DNA from: Candidatus Mcinerneyibacteriota bacterium
Lineage (GTDB): Bacteria > Macinerneyibacteriota > Macinerneyibacteria > Macinerneyibacteriales > DSCS01
Assembly (NCBI GenBank): GCA_016937175.1
Contig: JAFGWL010000056.1
Location: forward strand, 25,685-89,684
Direction: 5' to 3'
DNA: 64,000 nucleotides
The stretch's first letter is position 1; every line of letters begins with the position of its first letter. The position numbers and the translations under genes are program-made. The notes beneath the pieces are model-generated. The model worked only from the letters and a program-made list of their open reading frames with translations, was not told the DNA's origin and ran no database searches. Shown one piece after another: positions 56,890 through 64,000 of this stretch.

Positions 56890-58576
56890 AGACCTCTTCC
56901 ACAGTGGTCACTCCCCTTTCGACTTTTTCCATGCCGTCATCACGCATGAGAAGCATTCCCTCACTCAAGGCCTCTGCTTTGAGTTCATCGGAGTCGGCAT
57001 TACGGTAGATCATCTTACGCAGGGATTTGCTGATGGAAAGGATCTCAAAGATCCCCACACGCCCTGAATAGCCTGTATTATTACAGGCCAGACAGCCCTG
57101 TCCTCTGTGGAGGACAGTATCTTTTTTCAGGCCGTACTTCTCCAAAGCCTCACTGTCAGCCACATAGGCTTCCTTGCAGCTGTCACAGACGCGCCGCACC
57201 AGGCGCTGGGCCACCACCATATTGAGGGAAGAGCCCACCAGGTAGGGAGGGATCCCCATATCAAGGAGCCTGGCCACTGTGGCAGATGCATTATTCGCAT
57301 GGATGGTGGAAAGGACCATATGTCCCGTAAGAGCCGCCCGGATGGCTATCTCAGCTGTTGCCTTGTCCCTGATCTCGCCTACCATGATCACATCTGGGTC
57401 CTGACGGAGCATGGAGCGGAGGCCGGCGGCAAAAGTGAGTCCTGCTTTCTCATTCACCTGGACCTGATTGACATTGTCCATGTTGTATTCAATGGGATCC
57501 TCGATGGTGATGATGTTCTTGTCAGGGCTCACCAATTCTTTTAAAATAGCATACATAGTGGTCGTCTTGCCGCTTCCGGTGGGGCCGGAAACCAGGATAA
57601 TGCCATAGGGTTTCTCGAAGTTTTCGATAAACTGGGGCAGAGCCCTGTTGGAGATCCCGAGGCTTTCCACGTCCAGCAGACCCATAGACTTGTTCAGGAT
57701 CCTCATGACGATCTTTTCCCCGTAACTTGTGGGAAGGGTAGAGACGCGGATATCCACATTGTAATTCTTATGCCGGAATGAGAAACGCCCGTCCTGAGGG
57801 ACCCTCTTTTCGGCAATATTGATATTGGCGATGATCTTGATCCGGGAGACAATGGCCGCCTGAAGCTTTTTGGGCGGAGTGACGATCTCCAGAAGTTTCC
57901 CGTCGATACGGAACCTGACCTTCAGCATATACTCGAAGGGTTCGATATGGATATCTGTAGCGTTCTTGTTGATGGCCTCGATGAGAATATAGTTGACCAG
58001 ACGGATGGCCGGAGCCTCATCTTCTTCGGAGACGACCATCTCAGGTTCTGTCTCCTCCTCTTTTTCAAAGGAGATCTCCCCTTCGGTCTGCATCTGGATC
58101 TCCTTGACCTTCTGGATCTCAGAATAGAGCCGTTCGATGCTTGCGGCGATATCCTCTGCGTCAGCAAGCATGGTGACGATATTCATAGAGACGATACTTT
58201 TAAGATTTTCCAGGAGGATGATATCTTCCGGATGTTCTGTGGCTACATAGAGTTTATCCGTACGCTGGTCATACCTGATGGGAAGGACGTTATACTTCTG
58301 GGCTACTTCACGGGGGATCTTATAGACGACGTCGGGGCTGATATTGATGAACATGTCCCGTGTGACCAGATCCACATTAAGCTGTTCAGCAAGGACGGCA
58401 AGAAAATCATCCTTGTCGACAAGGCCCAGCTCGATGATAGCCTTCCCCAGCTTGATCCCCTCTTTTTTCTGGTAGGAGAGGGCATTTTCCAGCTGCTCCT
58501 CATTGATGAGCCCTTTGCTGACAAGAAGCTCTCCGACCCGTGAATAGACATTTTTATATCGTTTGGGATCTGCCAT
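56864..58576 (-). CDS. gspE: Type II secretion / type IV pilus assembly ATPase (GspE/PilB family)
   Basis: Walker A GPTGSGKTTT; N-terminal GSPII_E_N-like domain. Confidence 0.9.
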   Translation of the reverse strand: MADPKRYKNVYSRVGELLVSKGLINEEQLENALSYQKKEGIKLGKAIIELGLVDKDDFLAVLAEQLNVDLVTRDMFINISPDVVYKIPREVAQKYNVLPIRYDQRTDKLYVATEHPEDIILLENLKSIVSMNIVTMLADAEDIAASIERLYSEIQKVKEIQMQTEGEISFEKEEETEPEMVVSEEDEAPAIRLVNYILIEAINKNATDIHIEPFEYMLKVRFRIDGKLLEIVTPPKKLQAAIVSRIKIIANINIAEKRVPQDGRFSFRHKNYNVDIRVSTLPTSYGEKIVMRILNKSMGLLDVESLGISNRALPQFIENFEKPYGIILVSGPTGSGKTTTMYAILKELVSPDKNIITIEDPIEYNMDNVNQVQVNEKAGLTFAAGLRSMLRQDPDVIMVGEIRDKATAEIAIRAALTGHMVLSTIHANNASATVARLLDMGIPPYLVGSSLNMVVAQRLVRRVCDSCKEAYVADSEALEKYGLKKDTVLHRGQGCLACNNTGYSGRVGIFEILSISKSLRKMIYRNADSDELKAEALSEGMLLMRDDGMEKVERGVTTVEEVFAATFGEE

Positions 58577-58584
58577 GTCATCTC

Positions 58585-59175
58585 CTATCGGCCGGATATT
58601 CCGGCGGTCTTCGCTTTGAGCAGTATAAGTTTGAACAGCGAGACTTTTGTATAATCATAGGCCGGGGTCCGGAGGAGTTTTTTCATCCCGGAAAGGCTGA
58701 TCTGAGGGTAAGTGGCCAGGATCCGCTCGACTTTTTCCCGGAGCGTGAGGCCTTTGACATCGGTAAAGTCTTCTACTGTATCGAGATTGATATTTGTGAT
58801 ATCCGTAGGGGAGAGCGAAGAGTCGTAAAAGGAGAGGACCGCATCAGCCGGCTCACGGTAGTAGGAGAGGATCCGGTCGTACTCCAGAAGATGAAAAGCC
58901 TTTTCAGGGTCTTTACGAAGAGCTGTGATCCTGATATCACCACCCCCCGCCTTGATATTGTTCAGGATCCCAATAATGGTGTTCCATCCTACGGCAGCCA
59001 CGAACTCCACATCAGACATATCCAGGACGAATTGGAGTTTTTCCTCGGCCAGGAGCCGTGTAAAGCGCTGGATAAGGATATTGGCAGTCCCTGAGTCCAG
59101 ATATCCCTGAAGGGCTATGACCGTGACCTTTTTCCCCTTCCCGGCTTCTTTTATCTCTTTGATAAGCTTTTCCAT
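58585..59175 (-). CDS. STAS-domain (anti-sigma-factor-antagonist-like) protein with a C-terminal extension
   Basis: SpoIIAA-like pattern VTVIALQGYLDSGTANIL...FVLDMSDVEFVAAVGWNTIIG. Lies 8 nt upstream of gspE. Confidence 0.65.
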   Translation of the reverse strand: MEKLIKEIKEAGKGKKVTVIALQGYLDSGTANILIQRFTRLLAEEKLQFVLDMSDVEFVAAVGWNTIIGILNNIKAGGGDIRITALRKDPEKAFHLLEYDRILSYYREPADAVLSFYDSSLSPTDITNINLDTVEDFTDVKGLTLREKVERILATYPQISLSGMKKLLRTPAYDYTKVSLFKLILLKAKTAGISGR

Positions 59176-59241
59176 AAAGCCCCTTTCATCGTATGGTTTT
59201 TCTCTTATATCATATCATGAAGGGCTCTCTTTTTCAACCGT

Positions 59242-60162
59242 TTACTCGATGATGACCTGTATGCTGCTGGGATCGAGGTCAATAAGGCTGACTGCTTCGG
59301 GATGGCCGATCTCCGGAACCAGATTGTATGTCCCCTTCTCGTAGTCTCTCAGGTCCAGACTGACACTAATACTCTCCCGTAGCGCTTCTGTCTCCATGGA
59401 GACGGGGGCTTCGAATTTGAGAGAGACTACCCGGGGGAATATAAGAGAATAGGAGCCGGTGACCCGGACAGGGATATCTCTGATTTCGGCTGTTTTTAGT
59501 TTGACAATCTCGATCTGGGCGAAGATCTTATCTTCTTCATCTCTGAGAAGAGTGGTATTCTCCGGAATATCAAGGGTAACTTCTTTGCTGAAGGACTCGG
59601 TCATCCCCTCCAGATCAAGGGGATAGGTCTCCAGGATCCCTACGCTTTTGGGCCCCCTTATCTTCACCACTGAAGGCGTCACGATAATCGGCTGCATAAG
59701 CTTATACCCTTTTGGAGGCGTTCCCCGGGAAACGATCCGAATGGGGACATATTTCTCTTCTTTCTCATCAATAACGACTCTGACGGAATCATGACGCTCG
59801 CTGATCTGAAATAGGCTGAGGTTTTCGGTCCCCATTATATTTCTTTTATCCAGGGAAAGTTCATATTTACCCTTTTCAAAACCAGTCAGTTTGACTTCAT
59901 AATAGAGCTCTTTTTTCATCAATTTTATAATATCGCTACCCCGGGCCTCCACACGGACGATGACCTCCTCTGGATCCATCGAAGCGATGACGAGACTCTC
60001 TTGTAACCCTGAATAGCGGACAGAGAGGTGAAAAGCTTTCGTAACGACCCGGTTATGTACTAAAGAAAACCAGAGAAGCAGAGAGATGAAGAAAGCCAAA
60101 ATCTTATATAGGGTGTTCCTGAAGAAAACGCCGGTAGGACGCTTAAGGAGTCTCTTTCCCAT
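59242..60162 (-). CDS. cdaR: CdaR/YbbR-domain regulator of diadenylate cyclase
   Basis: N-terminal TM plus repeated YbbR-like beta domains. Overlaps cdaA. Confidence 0.75.
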   Translation of the reverse strand: MGKRLLKRPTGVFFRNTLYKILAFFISLLLWFSLVHNRVVTKAFHLSVRYSGLQESLVIASMDPEEVIVRVEARGSDIIKLMKKELYYEVKLTGFEKGKYELSLDKRNIMGTENLSLFQISERHDSVRVVIDEKEEKYVPIRIVSRGTPPKGYKLMQPIIVTPSVVKIRGPKSVGILETYPLDLEGMTESFSKEVTLDIPENTTLLRDEEDKIFAQIEIVKLKTAEIRDIPVRVTGSYSLIFPRVVSLKFEAPVSMETEALRESISVSLDLRDYEKGTYNLVPEIGHPEAVSLIDLDPSSIQVIIE

Positions 60163-60922
60163 CGCCCTCCTCCCTTTTTTCCTTCTTCAGTGTCTCCTGA
60201 CCCAGCCTTTCCTTCTCTATGAGAAGGTCATAGAGGACATCCTTGACCTCATTTCTGTTCATCCCTCGGGTGAGGAACTGTCCCCGATGAGCAAAGGAGA
60301 TCCGCTTTGTCTCCTCGGAGATCACGATGACCCCTGCATCGGTGAGCTCACTCAGTCCTACCGCAGCCCTGTGCCTCGTCCCGAACTCGCGGGGGATATT
60401 GGCCCCTTCCGGGAGCGGCAGAACACAGCGGGCAGCATAAATACGTCCGTTACGGATAACCACGGCCCCGTCATGAAGAGGAGTGTTCAACGAAAAGATG
60501 GTCACAAGAAGCTCACGGGTGACAGCTGCATCCAGGATGACGGCATTCTCTATGTAATTCCTGATATCAGTGTTCTGCTCGAAGACAATAAGGGCTCCTA
60601 TTCTCCGTGAAGACATCTCCATGACAGCTTCGATGATCTCATTGATATAAGCCTCCTCTTCGGAGACAGCCTTCCTCATGATGAGGGAAAAGAGCGGCAG
60701 CTTTGAGACCTTATCCAGGATGTTGCGAAACTCAGGCTGGAATAAAAGGAGGAAGAAGACTCCCCAGATGACGAGAAACAGGCTGCTGAGATAGTGGAGC
60801 ATATGAAGCTGTAGCCACTGCGCTGCAAAGAAGAGAAGAAGTATGATCATCAGGAGGATGGTCATCTGCAAAGCCTTTATCCCCTTAAACGTCAGGAGGA
60901 GAAAATAGATAATAGAGGCCAC
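60143..60922 (-). CDS. cdaA: Diadenylate cyclase CdaA (membrane DAC domain)
   Basis: 3 N-terminal TM helices; DAC motifs TPLHDGAVVIR and RHRAAVGLSE. Confidence 0.85.
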   Translation of the reverse strand: MASIIYFLLLTFKGIKALQMTILLMIILLLFFAAQWLQLHMLHYLSSLFLVIWGVFFLLLFQPEFRNILDKVSKLPLFSLIMRKAVSEEEAYINEIIEAVMEMSSRRIGALIVFEQNTDIRNYIENAVILDAAVTRELLVTIFSLNTPLHDGAVVIRNGRIYAARCVLPLPEGANIPREFGTRHRAAVGLSELTDAGVIVISEETKRISFAHRGQFLTRGMNRNEVKDVLYDLLIEKERLGQETLKKEKREEGDGKETP

Positions 60923-60983
60923 GATAAGAATATCCAGGATATCGAGAATCGTGATATTTTGCAGATAGATCAGGAAATTGATA

Positions 60984-61556
60984 TTAATGCCCTCCCTTTA
61001 TCAAAAAAAGAGCCTCTTCACGTGTCGATTTTCTCTTAAAAGCTCCCCGCATGGCTGATGTCACCGTCTTGGACCCCGGTTTTTTGATCCCCCGCATGAT
61101 CATACAGAGGTGTTCCGCTTCAACGATGACAAAGACTCCAAGAGGGTTGACAAGATTCATAATGGTATCAGCTATCTTCGTCGTGAGTCTCTCCTGAAGC
61201 TGGGGAGCACGGGAGATCAAGTCCACAGCCCGGGCTATCTTACTGAGTCCGGTTACACGGTTCTCCTTGGGAATATAAGCGACATGGGCTTTGCCGAAAA
61301 ACGGCAGAAGATGGTGCTCACACATGGAGTAAAAGGGGATATCCTTGACGATGACCATCTCGTCTTCATCAAAATCGGCATGAAATGTCACGACGATGTT
61401 TTTAAGCTCTTCGTCGGCTCTGTGAAGCCCGCTGAAGACCTCTTCATACATGTCGGCCACCCGACGCGGAGTTTCAGCCAGGCCTTCCCGGTCAGGGTCT
61501 TCGCCGATGGCTTCCAGAAGTTCTCTGACGGCTTGCCGGATCTTTGCCTTATCCAT
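60984..61556 (-). CDS. folE: GTP cyclohydrolase I
   Basis: [19 protein letters not shown]. Start MDKAKIRQ with GGAGGGG SD; overlaps the ftsH stop by 8 nt. Confidence 0.85.
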   Translation of the reverse strand: MDKAKIRQAVRELLEAIGEDPDREGLAETPRRVADMYEEVFSGLHRADEELKNIVVTFHADFDEDEMVIVKDIPFYSMCEHHLLPFFGKAHVAYIPKENRVTGLSKIARAVDLISRAPQLQERLTTKIADTIMNLVNPLGVFVIVEAEHLCMIMRGIKKPGSKTVTSAMRGAFKRKSTREEALFLIKGGH

Positions 61557-63366
61557 TTGCCCCCTCCCCCCGGATGAGGGTGTCGATCTCCTCAGCTTCC
61601 AGGACTTCTTTATCCAGAAGAGCTTCGGCCAGCCTGACAAGGATGTCCTTGTTTTCAGCCAGGATCGTTTTAGCTTCCCGGTAAGCCTCTGTTACTATAT
61701 TGCTTACTGAGCGGTCGATCTTTTCAGCTGTGCTTTCACTGTAGTCCCGGGTGCTTCCCAGGTCTCTTCCCAGGAAAATATGCTCCTCTTTTTTCCCGAA
61801 TGTCAAGGGGCCGACTTCATCGCTCATCCCCCAGTTGGAGACCATTTTCCGAGCGATATCGGTGACTCTCTCCAGATCGTCGGAAGCACCGCTGCTGTAT
61901 TCGTTGAAGATGATCTCTTCGGCGGCTCTACCTCCGAGGATACGCTGCATGAGCCCCGTAAGGTAATCTTTTGTATAGAGGTGTTTCTGGTCCAGGGGCA
62001 GAAAATGGGTCACACCGAGGGCTCTGCCCCGGGGAACGATGGTCACTTTATGGATGGGATCTCCGTTTTTAGTCAGTTTACCGATCAGGACATGCCCCGA
62101 TTCGTGGTATGCGATCCTTTTTTTCTCCTCATCGGTGATGACCAGGCTTTTACGCGCTTTCCCCATGAGGACCTTGTCCTTGGCTTCTTCGAAATCTTCC
62201 ATCTCCACGGATTCTTTGTTAAGACGCGCTGCCAAAAGAGCGGCTTCATTGGTCATATTCGCAAGGTCAGCACCACTCATCCCGGGGGTAGCTTTGGCCA
62301 GGATATCGAGACGGACATCAGCGTGGACGGGGATCGAACGGGTATGGACTTTGAGGATCTCTTCCCTTCCTTTTACATCGGGAAGGTCGATGACGACCTG
62401 ACGGTCAAAACGCCCGGGGCGAAGCAGGGCCGGGTCCAGGACATCCGGCCTGTTGGTGGCAGCGATGAGGATCACACCGAGTTTCGTGTCAAACCCGTCC
62501 ATCTCCACAAGAAGCTGGTTCAGTGTCTGTTCCCTCTCGTCATGCCCGCCGCCAAGCCCGGACCCTCTTGAGCGTCCCACGGCATCGATCTCGTCGATGA
62601 AGATGATAGCCGGTGCACCCCGTTTGGCCTGTTCAAAGAGGTCACGGACCCGGGCGGCACCCACACCCACGAACATCTCCACAAAATCTGACCCGCTCAG
62701 GGAGAGGAAGGGGACGTTGGCTTCTCCCGCCACGGCTTTGGCCAGAAGGGTCTTTCCTGTTCCCGGGGCCCCCACGAGGAGGACTCCTTTTGGGATCTTG
62801 CCTCCCAGTCTCTGAAAGCGGGAGGGCGCCTTGAGGTAATCGATGATCTCTTCCAGCTCCTCTTTTGCTTCTTCACAACCGGCGACATCATTGAAGGTCA
62901 CGCCCACTTCGCCTTTGGCGATCATCCTGGCACGGCTTTTGCCGAACGAGAAGGCTTTGTTGTTGCCCCCCTGCATATTACGCAGAAACATGATGAAAAA
63001 GACTACGAAGATGAGAGTAGGCAGCACATAGATAAGAAAAAGCTTCAAGTCTCCCGACGAGGGTTTTTTGATCTTGATGTCGGAATTCTGGCTGAGGAGA
63101 CGATCGATGGTATTGGCCTGGTCCAGGGGGATGACCGTCGTAAACTCTGTGGCCTTATCCGGATAGGGCTTTTTGAACAGCCCTGTGACGTCCATCTCCT
63201 GAATCTCTACCGAATCCACATTCCCTGACTCCACCTGAGCGATGAATTCGCTGTAGGTGATCTCCACTGTCTTTGTGTTTTTCTGCCATTTATTCAGCCA
63301 GCTGAACGCCAGCATAAAAATAAAAAAGAGTATGATCCATATCATGACGTCTTTGAATTTACCCAT
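61549..63366 (-). CDS. ftsH: ATP-dependent zinc metalloprotease FtsH
   Basis: AAA Walker A GAPGTGKT; zinc site HESGH; 2 N-terminal TM helices. Confidence 0.9.
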   Translation of the reverse strand: MGKFKDVMIWIILFFIFMLAFSWLNKWQKNTKTVEITYSEFIAQVESGNVDSVEIQEMDVTGLFKKPYPDKATEFTTVIPLDQANTIDRLLSQNSDIKIKKPSSGDLKLFLIYVLPTLIFVVFFIMFLRNMQGGNNKAFSFGKSRARMIAKGEVGVTFNDVAGCEEAKEELEEIIDYLKAPSRFQRLGGKIPKGVLLVGAPGTGKTLLAKAVAGEANVPFLSLSGSDFVEMFVGVGAARVRDLFEQAKRGAPAIIFIDEIDAVGRSRGSGLGGGHDEREQTLNQLLVEMDGFDTKLGVILIAATNRPDVLDPALLRPGRFDRQVVIDLPDVKGREEILKVHTRSIPVHADVRLDILAKATPGMSGADLANMTNEAALLAARLNKESVEMEDFEEAKDKVLMGKARKSLVITDEEKKRIAYHESGHVLIGKLTKNGDPIHKVTIVPRGRALGVTHFLPLDQKHLYTKDYLTGLMQRILGGRAAEEIIFNEYSSGASDDLERVTDIARKMVSNWGMSDEVGPLTFGKKEEHIFLGRDLGSTRDYSESTAEKIDRSVSNIVTEAYREAKTILAENKDILVRLAEALLDKEVLEAEEIDTLIRGEGANG

Positions 63367-63394
63367 GCACAGTTCTCCTTAATCCTTTTGATGA

Positions 63395-63422
63395 ATTGTA
63401 AAGAAACAGGCTTAAAAGTCAA
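63395..63422 (-). promoter_or_regulatory. Sigma70 promoter TTGACT-16nt-TACAAT upstream of ftsH
   Basis: Minus-strand TTGACT (plus 63417-63422) and TACAAT (plus 63395-63400). The -35 is embedded in the inverted repeat GTCAA-n6-TTGAC and overlaps the NUDIX stop. Confidence 0.45.
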
Positions 63423-64000
63423 GGGAATTTGACCGGCTCCCCCTGCGGCAGGAGAAGCTGGTGCACCATGAGAAGAAAACGCCCTGTGATCCCCCAGATA
63501 ACACCGAAAGAGGCAGAAAACGAGACGATCTCATGCCTGAGGGGCTTCCCTGCTTCCTGCCGGGCTTTGAAAGTAAGCTCTGGCCCTGTCTGTGGGACAG
63601 CTTCCCACTCCAGAACGCCCTTACGGAAGGAAGAGGAAGACTGGATCTCCCGGAGCGGGAGGAGGTGGAGAGATTCCACTTCCCGGGGAGAAGGACGGAG
63701 ATCCTCCATCGTCTCTCGTTTCAGGACACCCCAAAACCCATGGACCACCTTCCCCCAGGGGTTGACCACAACACCCACAGCCCCGCCGGGTTCCAGATCG
63801 CTGAGAGGAACCCCGATCTCTTCAGATGTCTCACGAAGGGCTGTGGCCATAAGCGAGCTGTCCCCTTCGTCGTAATGACCCCCCGGAAAAGCGAACTGGC
63901 CGGGATGAGAGATCGTCCCTGTGCGTTTTTCCAGGAGAAGAGTCCACTCTCCCTCCTGATAAAAGAAAGGGATGAAGACAGAGGAGGGACGTGAAAGCCC
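63419..64000 (-). CDS. NUDIX hydrolase (CoA-pyrophosphatase/NudL-like), 5' end beyond window end
   Basis: NUDIX box GGHYDEGDSSLMATALRETSEEIGV. The minus strand frame stays open, without stops, from 63850 to 64000. Confidence 0.75.
   Translation of the reverse strand, partial: GLSRPSSVFIPFFYQEGEWTLLLEKRTGTISHPGQFAFPGGHYDEGDSSLMATALRETSEEIGVPLSDLEPGGAVGVVVNPWGKVVHGFWGVLKRETMEDLRPSPREVESLHLLPLREIQSSSSFRKGVLEWEAVPQTGPELTFKARQEAGKPLRHEIVSFSASFGVIWGITGRFLLMVHQLLLPQGEPVKFP

Noticed and set aside
1-64000. CRISPR arrays, IS elements or transposases
   Set aside because: No spaced direct repeats, no transposase- or integrase-like ORFs and no terminal inverted repeats were found on reading both strands

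Overview
The window is a 64-kb, gene-dense bacterial chromosomal segment of about 50% GC with strong GGAGG-type Shine-Dalgarno sites. About 50 genes are on the minus strand; only two convincing genes are on the plus strand. It most likely comes from an anaerobic, peptide/amino-acid-fermenting bacterium, but I cannot assign a taxon from sequence alone.

Content from high to low coordinate on the minus strand:
- NUDIX hydrolase (partial), ftsH, folE, cdaA, cdaR, a STAS-domain protein, gspE and gspF (type II secretion / type IV pilus ATPase and platform), a long-form thyX, a beta-CASP RNase and tRNA-Arg(CCG).
- ackA and a complete methylmalonyl-CoA mutase / MeaB / epimerase / Na+-translocating methylmalonyl-CoA decarboxylase cluster (succinate-to-propionate pathway).
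- kbl and a ptb-like gene (threonine to acetyl-P), and many peptidases: families M18, three M16, S33, TldD/PmbA, M19 and M55.
- A two-component plus Trk/Ktr K+ transporter operon: hybrid histidine kinase, histidine kinase, a REC-TPR response regulator, two trkA-like genes and trkH.

The most unusual content is two tandem paralogous giant genes (1591 and 1579 aa). Each encodes a degenerate protein-kinase-like N-terminus, a TPR (possibly degenerate STAND) core, a GAF-like region and a C-terminal GGDEF diguanylate cyclase (GGEEF in one copy, GGEEI in the other). They bracket a translationally coupled lipoprotein and M19 dipeptidase pair. A 37-aa toxin-like hydrophobic ORF with a strong SD sits just downstream, in an AT-rich spacer.

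Further details are in the features and findings. They include consensus sigma70 promoters, among them a perfect one driving the tRNA and a leaderless-mRNA candidate; four rho-independent terminators; several 4-nt start/stop overlaps indicating translational coupling; and a second small coupled ORF.

No CRISPR array, transposase or integrase was seen. Many plus-strand ORFs in the track are antisense shadow ORFs. Several track ORFs are over-extended at the N-terminus through TTG/GTG starts; I refined those starts using SD positions.
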